Below the pieces are notes generated by a model. The model was not told the origin of the DNA and did not search any database. It was given only the letters and a program-made list of their open reading frames with translations. Of a stretch of 64,000 nt of DNA, positions 25,902 through 38,211 are shown one piece after another. The DNA comes from Podarcis gaigeae (Eukaryota). Position numbers and translations under genes: made by a program. The DNA lies in NCBI GenBank assembly GCA_964106915.2, contig OZ066919.1; one strand, written 5' to 3'. The stretch's first letter is position 1. Each line of letters starts with the position of its first letter.

Positions 25902-27244
25902 TAAACCTTGGCTTCCCATTACAACCAAACCAGGGATCATGGTTTGATGCTGCCTAAAAAGATAACTGGCCAACCTTCAAATTCAATCTAACCCCCTGGA
26001 CAACCACAATCGGGCTTAATAGAGTGGCATATCCACTGACACATTCACAGCCCCACTGCTACCAAGCCAGTACGGCAAAGAGTCCTAGATTGAACTCTAT
26101 GCCACCATGTGATGGCAACAAGGTTGGCTCAGCATCCTGCTGCCCCTTACCCACCCCAAAACAGCTTGTTTCAGTAGTTTCTTTTGACTCCTTTCAGCAG
26201 GGATACTGCTGACAATTGCACTCACCGCTTAGGCAAATGCATTGGGGGCACTGCTTTCTAGTGGGGCTCTGCTGCTGGTGAAGGCCAGGGGATTAGATTG
26301 CTCTGCCTGCTGTAGTCTATTTTTTAGGAAGCCACATACCACAATCCCTGTTCATAACAGAAAGTCAAGTTGTTTATCCCACAGAAGAGCAAACTGGGAC
26401 CTACAGTGTATTGGGCAGCATGCAGCAGCACACTTCTCATCCCTAAAACCACGATCAGTCAAAAACTTTGGCTTATCATTACATTTGAATGCAGCCACTG
26501 AGTGACTTGACCAAAACTATTTGGGGAGTTGGTGGCAGAGAAAAGATTTATGTCTGCAGCTCACTCTTATTTCTTTTCCACCAAGCCAGCTATTTTTTGG
26601 GAAGTCTTCTGAATTGAGGCTACAAAACTTCTGCAGCTAAAACCTGGGTTAGCAGTCGAGATCTATGTTCCCTCCAAAGTGTGTGGGGGGGAGAGTTTGC
26701 TTATATAAAGAGTCACTCTGGACCGTACCCCACAGAGCTCCCGACATTCTTCAGGAGGCACTTGATAACTTTGGCATCTCCTGGCGACGTTGCTGAGGAA
26801 AAGCAGCTCCATTAATAATCTTCTATTTATTTTAGCAATCCAGGAATGTGCCAGGCAGACTAAACATTCTGGCTTCCCCTCTACCTCAAAGCTCATAGGA
26901 GTAGGGAAGTGAGGAGGGCAGGATGCCAGCATCAACAGTGCCCACTGCTAAGCCTGCAACTTTAAATCTGCCAAGTTGCTAGTGTCCCTGCTGAGAGTGG
27001 AATGTAGTGTTCATCAGAAGGTGCCTGATAGGACAAGAATAGTAGCACCGTGAGAACCTTGCTGGGCCTTGGGCACACAATTTTAGATTTCAGATTCAGT
27101 TGGGAATGGAGGAGGGAGGGAGGGAGGATGAAGTAGTAGTACACAATTTGCCACTAATAGGCTTTGAAAGTCATTTCCCCCTTTTATAGTAAGAATAGCA
27201 GCCAACCATTTCACAAATATATAATGATACCATCAGCCGTCACC

Positions 27245-27362
27245 AGTCTGGTGCCCTGCATATGTTGTTGGACTACAACTCCCATCAGTCCTAGCCAGCA
27301 TTCCATTCTGGGTAGGGCTGGTGGGAGTTGTAGTCCAACAACATTTAGAGGGCCCCCACGTT
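27245..27362. mobile_element. Short hAT-like MITE
   Basis: atgttgttggactacaactcccatcag...ctggtgggagttgtagtccaacaacat near-perfect hairpin; same family as 6150 and 20555. Confidence 0.65.
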
Positions 27363-28206
27363 GACAAAGTGAAGTGATACCTCACTGTGAACACATAACT
27401 AATCTATGGCGTGCTTTAGAATTTTGACTTATAAGTTATGTGTTGGAAGGACTGTCAGAGGATGTGCCCAGATGTTGAGAGAGTAGTAGTCATTGTCTAA
27501 AACGAACAATGTCATTCTAGCATACTGCATTTTCTACAGACAACAGGAGCTCTGCTCAGAGATTTGGGCATAATGTTTCTGTGTTTAGCATGACAAATGA
27601 TGGATTATGATACCTTTGCAGCATGCTACGATTGCTTTCTGATTGGAACCATGGCTGGCTGTTGTTGTTTTTAAATGCACGCACAATTTATATATGAAGT
27701 CCAACACAGAAGTAATTTTGAGAACCATTTGCTGTCATTGTGTAAATCCCAGACTGAATGTTGTAGATGGAAAGGGTTTCTGGAAATCCTCTTTCAGTCC
27801 CCAGGGGCAAACCTCTGAGAAAATTCTCACTGAGCAGATGATTTAAGCCTTTTTGGATAAAATTCAAATTCCTAATCTTCCTTCTCCCAATTTAAGAGAT
27901 TTATTAGCTCAGACAAACACAGCATCAGTTGGAGTGTTCTATGCTAATACTGTTGCTTTGAAAGGAAAATGCTCTTCTGGTGGTGAGTGAGGCAGTAGTG
28001 AATATGTAATCATTGCAAGACAGTTTAGAAATTGTATAAATTCCCTCTATCTGTGATACATTTAGGATTAGCAACCTGTCTATGGATATCTGTAGCATTG
28101 CCTGGAGATTTCAATGACAATTTAATACATTGTAGAACATTCTGATTTCTTCCAGCCTGATATGAGACTGGCAAAAGACACACAAATCACTGGAAAAAAA
28201 CAACTA

Positions 28207-28366
28207 AGCACAATTCTGTGGGTATTTAGTCAAAAGTAAGCCCCGTTTTATTAATTGGGACTTACTTCTCAGTAGGTGTGTTTAGGATTGCAGCCAGAGA
28301 CTGCAATCCCATACATGTCTACTCAGTAAGTCTCATTGAGTTCCATAGGGCTTTACCAACAGGTAA
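28207..28366. repeat. Two adjacent copies of a short (about 85 bp) hairpin repeat
   Basis: gcacaattct...aagtaagcccc...gggacttactt...aggattgcagcc then ctgcaatcccatacatgtctactcagtaagtctcattgagttc; further copies near 28587-28670 and 40365-40442. Confidence 0.55.
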
Positions 28367-30099
28367 TACATGGTAATTTATTTATTTCGAAACCATTGCC
28401 TTTGTCCACATTGCCATAAGAACTGCAATAAGATGTGTTAGCAATAAGATTGGCCCCACCAGCAGTTTAGCTGCAGCATTTTGCACCAGCTGAAGCCTCC
28501 AGATGAGGACTCAGAGAAGCAACACATAGAGTACATTAGAAGAATGTTGGGATGTAGGCTGATGGAACATAGTTGTTAATGTCTAAGAGTACAGTCCTAT
28601 CTACTGAAAAGCAAGTTCTGTTGAGTTCAGTGGAGTTTACTTCCAGGAAAATGGGGTTCGGATGCAGCCGAAGTCCTTTTTTATGAGCTATATACCTGTG
28701 TTGGCTTGGTAGGACATGGGAGAGTGTAAATAAAGTGGGGAATAGTAAGAAACTGAGGTTAAATTATTAAGCAGAATTCCTAACAAGAGGATTGGAAATG
28801 GGGGGGGGGGGTATCCCATTTTTCAGGTATAATGAGGTTAGATTTCAAATGAAATATTGTCTGGTGAAACCTTCATTGCTCTCTTCTTCCACCCATCCCT
28901 CTCCCTACCTCAACCTTCTGCTGTGCTGTCTGAATTGCTCAGAAAGCACTCCCTCTCTCCATCACTTCAATGTCATGTCTTTATCAAAGCTCCTCCTCAA
29001 GATATAGAGATAGTCTTGCACAGCTCATATTTTGCAAAGATGTATGCAATGATCTATATTCTTGGCAACACATTCATTCTCAGGATAAATCTGGCAGTGC
29101 TGTCCTCACTTAGTAGTAACCCCCACACAGCATGAACCATTTCGTACCAGCAAATTTGATTCTGCTGTGCTCATGAAAGGTTATGCAATTGGGCAAGGCT
29201 ACCATCTAAAATCCAATCTTCCTGCCGTGATTGCTCGTCTCTCCTTGTTGGACAAAATTGGGCTATTTTTGTACATCCAGAAGACAGCAGGAAAGAGATT
29301 ATGCATCAGATTATGGTTATCTTCCAACTCTGAGGATTGCCAGCCCAAAAGGGAATTTGTCAGGGCACTCAACTGCGGAGGAGTCACTACCAGCATTTCA
29401 GAGTAAGCTGGGAGCTGGAGCATAAAGGCTGCTTTACATGGTCTTCTTCAGAAAGAAAATATTATTTCTTATGTATGTTACTGACACCAAGGCAATGGTG
29501 TGTGTCATAAAAGAGGGGGTGGAAGATTGGCAGGCATAAGAGGAAGTCAAAATACATTATTTCATGTTAAGTCACACAGACTTTGAAATTGGGCTGGTTT
29601 ATGTACATTCTGAGAGGTGATAATAAGGCCCTACTGATAACGTCACCATCAAAGGTATGGGTGAATATATTTTGGACAGAGTTTGCCAATCCAATCTTTT
29701 TAGCTGTTTATATTTTTCTTGCTCTGTGGTCTTCTGTTTCTTTATTCAGTATAAATGTTTCCTTTTAATGAAAATCAAGCCAAGTACAAGCGTGTGGTTT
29801 CTCAGCTCTTTCAGTATAAATACATATGATCTGATACAGTTCTGGAAACTATGCTGATGCTATAATTTAAAAGGAATAAAGAGGATTATTTTTAGGATTT
29901 GGAAAAGGTCGGGCTGTAATTTCAGAACCTACCCAAATACAAAGCGATGAATGAAAAATGTGTGATGATGATAGTGCTGATAACACTATCATTGATACAC
30001 TATTGAGAGGGCACTTTTCTCATACTGTATAAGCTTTCTTGGACAAGCTGGGCACTTATCAAAATGCCTTCATTATTGGAATGGGATTGGTGTTCATTA

Positions 30100-30270
30100 C
30101 GTGGGGGAGCTCCATATTTTGTATGCCAAAGGTCCCAGATACATCTCCAAGTTGGGTGGGAAGGACTTTTGTATTAAACTCTTGAAAGCCACTGCCAGTC
30201 AGTGCAAGCAGTACTGAGCTAGATGGACCAGAAGCCTAACTCAGTGTAAGGCAGTTTCTTACATTCCTAG
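30100..30270 (+). mobile_element. Degenerate SINE with CR1-like tail
   Basis: aaggtcccag...catctccaag...gccactgccagtcagtgcaagcagtactgagctagatggacca...actcagtgtaaggcagtttcttacattcct matches my recollection of a widespread squamate SINE body and tail. Confidence 0.6.
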
Positions 30271-30437
30271 GCGTGGGACTTTTTTTGGAAACCTGCCCTA
30301 TGAGATATTCTCCTCCCTGAAGTCTGCAAGGCAAGCTGAAACAGGTTTGTTCATTCTGGCATTTGCAGGAAGTTAATGTTTAGACCGGGCATCAAAATGT
30401 AGTTGTCTTGTTTTATAGGCACTTATTTTATTGATCT

Positions 30438-30792
30438 GGGACATGGGTGGCTCTGTGGGTTAAACCACAGAGCCTAGGGCTTGCCGATCAGAAGGTCGGC
30501 GCTTTGAATCCCTGCGAAGGGGTGAGTTCCTGTTGTTCGGTCCCTGCTCCTGCCAACCTAGCAGTTCGAAAGCACGTCAAAGTGCAAGTAGATAAATAGG
30601 AACCGCTCCTGTGGGAAGGTATATGGCGTTTCCATGTGCTGCTCTGGTTTGACAGAAGTGGCTTAGTCATGCTGGCCACATGACCCGGAAGCTGTACACC
30701 GGATCCCTTGGCCAATAAAGCAAGATGAGAACCACAACCCCAGAGTCAGTCACGACTGGACCTAATGGTCAGGGGTCCCTTTACCTTTACCT
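30438..30792 (+). mobile_element. Sauria SINE, full length
   Basis: Head gggacatgggtggctctgtgggttaaacc, tail ccctttacctttacc; 13-bp TSD tattttattgatc at 30424-30436 and, beyond the nested hAT element, at 31484-31496. Confidence 0.93.
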
Positions 30793-30796
30793 ATTT

Positions 30797-31480
30797 CAGG
30801 GGTCTGCAACCTTTAAGACAAAAAGAGCCACTTGGACCCGTTTCCGAAGAAAAAACAACAACTGGGAGCCGCAAAACCATTGCGACATTTAAAACAAATA
30901 TAACACTGCATACATTGTTTCTTAGCCCAATGTTATCCTCGTCATTATAAAAATAACTTTTTTGACACTTTTTAATTATTTTTTGTTTGACCCCTCAGAA
31001 TTACTCCTCCTCATAGAAATAAACGTTATATTAACAAGTTACCTTTTTTTGAGTGTGTGTTCTTCACTCCCCTTCAAAACAGTAGCTGCAAATTGCAAAG
31101 CAATAGCAGCAAATCAGCCAGCGGCTGCCTGTTGGGGCGGCAGCCTGTTGCCCGAAGCACAGGGAGCCCTCCGGAGGGCTCCCCGTGCTTCAGGCGAGTG
31201 TCTGCAAGCCTTGCGCGCCCGGCAGGAGCTCCCGTCGGGCGCGCAAGGCTTGGGGCGGCAGCCTGTTGCCCGAAGCACAGGGAGCCCTCCGGAGGGCTCC
31301 CCGTGCTTCGGGCGAGTGTCTGCAAGCCTTGCGCGCCCGGCAGGAGCTCCCGTCGGGCGCGCGAGGCTTGGGGCGGGAACAAAGGAAAATGCGCCTCCTC
31401 CCCTCGCCTCCACCCCGGAGCCGCGGCAAAGGCGTTAAAGAGCCGCATGCGGCTCCGGAGCCGCAGGTTGCCGACCCCTG
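30797..31480. mobile_element. Non-autonomous hAT transposon, 684 bp
   Basis: TIR caggggtctgcaacct / aggttgccgacccctg; perfect 8-bp TSD acctattt at 30789-30796 and 31481-31488; subterminal gagccg repeats; CpGs retained. Confidence 0.93.
31132..31376. repeat. GC-rich 118-bp tandem repeat (2 copies), each with two long palindromes
   Basis: Units start ttggggcgg at 31132, 31250 and (partial) 31368; the copies differ at about 2 positions. Confidence 0.93.
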
Positions 31481-31859
31481 ACCTATTTTATTGATCAGTT
31501 TTATCTGCTCTAACTATTCATTCTATTGATAATGTATTTAAATTATTCCTTGTACCCTGCCCTGAGATCACTTGCAGTGAATGGTGGCTTAGAGCTATTT
31601 TAAATAAATAAATTTACTGTGGTTGTTTTAGGAAGCAACTATAGAATCGCTGTTGCTGCCTTTGGATTATACTAGCATTTAGTAATGGGGCAGAGCTGAA
31701 GTTGGGAGTGGGTGAGTTTCAAATGGATTTCTGTGGTCTATTCCTAGGTCCATTTCAGGTAGGATACACAAAACTAGGCACATACTACATGCATGCCCAC
31801 TTGGAAATAAAGGAGTCCAAGTTCCCTTCGAAATGCTTTGTTTTGCCCTGCTAGCCCCT

Positions 31860-32530
31860 AGAGGTTTGTGGAGAGAGGCAAGGAAGGCTCCTGGCAGCTG
31901 TATGACAGGGGAGGGTGCCAGGAGTAGGTCAGCAATAACTCACATGGTTTCGGTGAAGTTAACTCTTTATTCAAAGAAACAATGCAGTCCAGAACCAGGC
32001 CTAGTCAGCACAGTATCTCTTCCCAGTAGAACTTGCCCCTATGAGGCAGTTGTGATGACTGAAGGCCCCTGTCTTCCTACAGCTCCCTAAGGATTCATTT
32101 CCCCCAGTTCTTTCATAAGCAATCTGAGGCTCTGTCGTCTTGCCTGTCTTTGCTTCTCCCTCATCATACCTCTTTGGGTTCTGGGAGACCAGCAGGGAGT
32201 GGAGCTGGTCACAACAGGATCAGGAGACAGCTTGGCTTCCTTACCAGCCTAACTCATTTCTGCCTCTTGGCCCCCAGCTTCCCTAACCTCCTCTTCTGCC
32301 TCTGGTTCTGGACTGCTCTCTGCCACAGCCTTCTTTTGCTCACATAATCCTATTACTTTTTCAGCTTCCAACACCTCTTCCTCCCAGTCTGCTCCCTGTT
32401 CTCCCTCTGATCACTAATTGTCATCCCACCTCCAATCCCCTGACTCGGAGCCTTCTTCCCTTGGGGGTTGCCTTGAGGGTTCCCCAACAGGTACCTCCCA
32501 CCGCTCCTCTGCATCCGGCCAGTTCATGAC
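31860..32530 (-). mobile_element. Probable solo LTR (Gypsy/ERV-like); left boundary approximate
   Basis: Minus strand begins TGTCATGAACTGG at 32530, long purine-rich U3, AATAAA at 31966-31971 on the minus strand; TSD not resolved. Confidence 0.65.
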
Positions 32531-35500
32531 ACTCTAGGTCTCAGGTTTCAAGCAGCAAGCATCCAGATATGCTTGGAACTATGGGAAATATATTCTGTTG
32601 GACAGCGGCTCTTATGCACAATGAATATTAGAAAATGTGCAGACTCCTTATCTGCCTTTAATCCTGCATGTATCAGATCAATTAACTTCCACCTAATCCT
32701 GTTCTCTTTTCAGTCTTGTGTGCACTGTCCTATTAACATTGACTGGAATAATTAGTACCTTTTTCCTGGTGTGGGGGCCTGGAGTTATGGGCTACAGAGT
32801 AGATTGGCTGTTGCCATTGAATCAGTACACTATTATGCCCATGCTTGGCCTTGACTTTGGCCCTGTCCAAAGGGTTGTTTGCAGGCTGCTGTTTTCTATG
32901 TTTGGGGTGTAAGCAGAATTGAATACCTTCCCTAGGGGAGTCCTGAAGCTGTTGCCCACTGGTATCAATTGCTGTCTCCCCTGTTCTCCCCATGCACTGC
33001 AATCTCAATCAGTATGAGCAGTCCCACACCTAGGAAGGATTATTTAAAAAAATAAACACAGTCATGGTTGCTAACCACACAATAAAAGTAGTCTCTAGGT
33101 TGGCCCTGAGATGCTTTTCATGTGTGAGTCATGCAATTTCTTACATGGAACTGACTTCCAAGTGGGGAATTGATCTTGTGTGAAATGACTATTAAGCGCA
33201 GGCTGCGTGTACGAACAATACATCTCAACTATACTCAGACTGTGTATAACACAAGGAGAATGGCAAATGTCATTTAGCCTCCCCAAAGTTGATTTGTGAT
33301 TTTACACTCTTCTGTAACGGCCTGGCTTTGAGATGGAGTGGCTTCCTGTAACTCAGAGGGTCAGCTGAAATCAAGCTGTAATTCTATAGAAGGCCGGGCT
33401 TTATTTCATTGTGCAGTCTGTGTGTAATCACATTGATGGCAGTGGCATAATGCGTTTGAATTATTGGTGTCTCCAGAAAAAAAGGCAGCATCTCCTTTTG
33501 CTCTCTATTGTTACTGTCTCAGGATATAAGGAGTGAGAACTGTAGGCTCCAGGCAAGAATGTATAAATCTAGATAGAAAACCATTCCTGGATAATGAAAC
33601 CCTGGGAGAGAGGGATTCAGCTTCCCATCCTTAAGTCTTATATAACAGAGGTTGAGGTGAATCCATCGCAGTTACTTGCAATCTGTTCTCACTTTTCTTA
33701 TGGTTTTGCCTCTACACATGATTGTATTAGCTGGAGTAGATGAGATGGTGCCATTGTTCTTGAATATGAGCCTCAGGGCAGTAATTTTTTCATGTATGCT
33801 TCTGTGAAAATTACAGTTTGTTTGTCTGCAAAAATAAAAATAAAAAAATAAATCCACAACATACCAAGCAGGATGTGAAAATGGCTAACAAAATAAGTCA
33901 ATTAAGCTCTGTAGTGCTTGCCTTTTTTTGTTGGTCAGCTTTTTTCTGTGTGTAAATTGAAGGAATGGGCCCCTAAAGCAAATCATCGAAGCACCGTCTC
34001 CCAGATCTATGTGTTTAATTTTACATTTTCTCTGTTGGCTGGGACTGTCCATGGAGTGGAATTGGCTCCCGTCCAGAGTTGTGTTTGCTTAGACCCTCAC
34101 TTTGCTGCTAAGTACTGACGTGGCAGCTCCTATTGTGTGAAACAGGATTATCTTGATTCTTTCTTGTTCAGAGTCCATTATGTGTGCTGAAGTTTATGTG
34201 TGCATCTGTTGCATTGTTTGACTTATTAGAATAAATCCCAATAAACAGTTGTGAGCACAAAGGCTCATTTTCAGATCCAGACCACACACAGGCACCAGTG
34301 CCTTTCTCTGGAGATTTCCGCTTTGATAGAGTTGGGAAACCCCAGGCCACTATTTCTAGCCACTATTTGGAGTGGCTTTGGAGTTCCTGTGATTGTGAGT
34401 TGTATCCTTACTTACTGATGCAACACCAGGCTCTAAATGATGGTCATCATATCATCCTGTCTGATTGCTGTAAAAAGGCAGGACACAGCAATAAGAGGCA
34501 ATAAATAACCTTACTACATTCTGAGTATATGGAGTTACTCTGTGTCTTTAGTTGTTTCATTAGTTTTAAGGACTGCAATACAAGAGTTGAAACTAGTACT
34601 AGAGGCTTAAATAATAATAAAAAACAGGTATCTGTAATCCTAGAAGGAAATCTGTCAAAAATCAGACAGGGGGACTTGAATAATGATTGCTGTGTTTTCT
34701 GCTTATGCCAGTGAAGTACCCCCAGTGGCTGAAGGAGCTGTGGTGTCTGATAAGCCAAATCAGCACTTCCTCCTTCAACTACCAGCTGAGGAGGTGTGGG
34801 AATCTGACAGCTCTAACCCATGCTAAGCAATCAAAGAACAATTCCTCACTGTTCCTGTTTTGTGAATTAGCTTCCCACATTCTGCCATGCTTTGTCTTAT
34901 CCACTGGCTATTTAAACTTGACCTTTGTCTGACTATGAATATTGATCTCTAGATCAGGCACACCTTCAGAATGACATCCTGCCCAGTTCATTCCGCACCC
35001 ACCATGATTGCATTCTCTGCCATTCCAAAATAGATTTAGGCAGTTGATTTAGACAACCAATGTAATAACCTGTTCTCTTTATTATTACTTTGTCACATAT
35101 CATGGATACCATTTTTAGAATGCCATTTCTTTTTTTAAAAAAACAACCACTGTGTGATGAGCTAAGTATCATACGCTAACGGCATATAACAATAGTTATT
35201 TATAAAAATATTAATATATCACCTTTAAACCCAGGTGGTTTACAACCATAAACATATATTCTAATACAAGAAAAATTGAAAGCAGTAATTTTTTGAAGTG
35301 TATTTGTTTGTTTGATTTCCTGCCTGTCATTCACAGCAAGGTCCCAGGGTGGCTTATAGCAGTACAATAATACAATGAAAAGCAAATAAAAGAAGTTAAA
35401 CAGTATGGCTACATGTATTAAAACAAGCATTTAAGGAATAACCAGAACTTTTTCAATTCAGTTCGTGGAATAGATAGGTAGATATTATGCTAGATATTAT

Positions 35501-38143
35501 GGAACAGAATAGTACCCACACTGACCAAATTCATTTTTAGAAGAGCTATTGGAGGAGCCCGTATGGAAGTGACTATGTGGTGGGACATAAGGTGATGTAC
35601 TATGCTTTCTGCTTCAGTAAGCCAATCATATAATGTTTCCATGATTGCAGCAGCTGAGTCTTGCAGAAGACATGTCCACTCCATTGGCCTGGGAACCTTG
35701 GGGTTAATATCACACCTTTACTACCATCTTGCAGAAATGGTTTTCAGCATTATGTATGTGGTTCCTTAAAATACCAAGGGGGTGGGGTTAGCAAGTAACA
35801 GAATAGTTGTCTGAATCTACCCTGGCATAAACTTAATAGCATGTATTATTTTAATAACAAGAATAGATCCTAGAAATCATACTCTTAATACCTTTTGCTC
35901 CTGTGCATTTCTTCCAAAGCACCTGGAACTCGGGTGCTTGCCGCTTGTGGATAAGTGGGCAGCAGGCATCTCCAGTGAATGAAAACGCCACCCTTTCAAT
36001 CCTCCCAACTGTCCCTGGCATTGGGGAGCGATTAAAATGTTCAGTGGGTGCAGCTGGCCCGTGCACCTTTCAGTGCTGTGAAGCAAGGAGCAAAAAAATT
36101 CCCATTAGGCTTGTACTGCTGAGAGGCACACCGACCACTGCATGGACTGGTGAAAGAGTAATCTTTTTACCCACTTCCCAGTGCCCTGTTGTAGGATGGC
36201 TAATCTTCTGCCACTGCTGCTCCCCACACCCCTTTGCCCAGAAAGGCAGGCAGTGCTCATACGTATATAGGGGTGGCCAATGGTACTGTGCCCTCAAACC
36301 TGGAGCCAACACTGCTGGAAGTAGATTGTGCCAGAGACCATGTACTTAAGCCAGATGGATCTTATCCAAATGGGTGTTTCCAGTTTATTAAATATTGCAG
36401 CCATTTCTAAATATATCCCCTTCACTTTTTCAGTTCAGTAAATTCTATACGTTTCTGGAACACCTTTACGGTATTACTATACAAAGCTGCCATGTTTAAA
36501 AAATAAAGGCGATTGTTTGTGGCTAATTAAAAGTAAATAAAGGAAATAAAACTGGTGACACCTGACTGTAATGTACGGGCAAAAGATTATGATTTATAAA
36601 CTCCATGTGTAACCAATCAAAAATGCATGTGGTGGACAAGATACAGATGCAGTATAGAAAGAGCTTTCCATTTTGCTTATAGGACGTGGAGTTTGCATTG
36701 TTTTGCATTCTCTTCATCTCCTGCCTGGCCCAATGAGAGTTCGTTGTCCTTTGCGTATAATGAAGGCTTTGAACATTTAATACATTTTTTAAAACGCTAA
36801 CTAATCTTTCTTAATGTTCCACAGTTGCATGTTCTGTAATTGAATGTGTTTTATTTAGAAAATAACATTTAGTGCCACTTTGGATTCCAATTATTTTTCA
36901 ATTGGACTTTGAGGGTCTGATTGCTTTGTCGTTTCGATATGCACAAAAGAGGGAAACATCAGAGAAGGCAAACAACAAATTATTTCCGGAGCTGATTACT
37001 GGGGGAGCTGATAAAATGGGATGACACAGAGCCAAACAGACTTCATGGGACAAACACATTGAAGCAAGTAGAATTTGAAGTCAGGGATAAGCTTTGGTTC
37101 AGCATCCAAAAACCGTCAGGAAGAAATTGCAGCCCTGGAAGAAGAAAAGGCAAGGTTGACATAAGTGTGACCTACTGACAAAATGAAAGCTAGTTTTCCT
37201 ATCAGTGTTTCAGAATACTATTGCAGGTAGCTTATGTTATACTTAGCTGGTGTAACAGAAACCTGCCATGCTGAGTCCAAGTGGACCTGAAATGTCAGAC
37301 TACAGCTCAACATTTGTGAGCTTCAAAGCAAATAATCAGGAAACAAGATGAAAGAGTTTTATAATTTCTCCAACTGATAGTTGCTTGCAGGAGTGCCTAC
37401 AGGGGGAAATATTAGACTAAGAGTGATATTGGACTAAATCATTCTCTGAATAGACCCACTGAAATAGGTGGATTTATCATAGCCAATAGGTCTACTCAGA
37501 GTATCCTAGTCAGATACCAGCCTTAGAAAATAAATAAGGGATTAGTAGGGAGGGGTCAGTGTTTTATGAAATTGCTAAAGAAAGATGGATTACTGAGTGA
37601 ATCTGAACTGTCAATTTTAACTTGTGTCATGTTTATTAAAGGTGCCTGATCAGAGCTTCTCTTCTTATTTTTCAGCTTCTTAAAAGTGAAACTGTGTTTA
37701 ACAATTAACAACAAAAAACTTTTCAAGTACCATAAATTACTGGCAGAATATGAATAGGGCTAGAGGAAAATCAGTTGCCCCTTACCCTCTTCCTGGACCT
37801 TCAGGGAATGCAGCTTAAGCCTGGGTTCTTTAGTGGACATAGCCCTTCAGAGTATGGTAATTGTTCTAGACATCAGCCAGATATTCTGAAAGGCTTCTCT
37901 CTGTCACTGTTAGATTCCTGATATAATTTCTTTTTCTTCAACTGCAATAAATCATGTAGGGAGCCTTGCTTGAAATAAAGGTCTGGCGGGAATAGAATGA
38001 GTAGTTTAATTTTATTTCATGTTGGGAAGACCTCAGGGAGCTTCTGAGTGGTTTGAAACTTTCTGCAGAAATAGGTGTAAAGTTTTTCCTTGACTTACAG
38101 CTCATTGCATTGTGGGTAAAGGGAAGACTTCATTTCAGATCTG

Positions 38144-38211
38144 TAAGGAACGGTTTCGGTTTAAGAATGGACCTCTGAAACAGATTAAGTTTGTAAACCG
38201 AGGTACCACTC
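38144..38211. mobile_element. One-ended fragment of the 25523 Tigger-like MITE family
   Basis: aagaatggacctctgaaacagattaagtttgtaaaccgaggtaccact aligns with about 25716-25763. Confidence 0.75.

Noticed and set aside
30962-31494. Overlapping 79-158 aa ORFs on both strands
   Set aside because: They arise from the GC-rich palindromic tandem repeat inside a hAT MITE, which is poor in stop codons; no protein family signature.
35903-36349. 148-aa ORF
   Set aside because: No recognisable domain, not plexin-like, non-ATG start; length compatible with chance in 64 kb across six frames.
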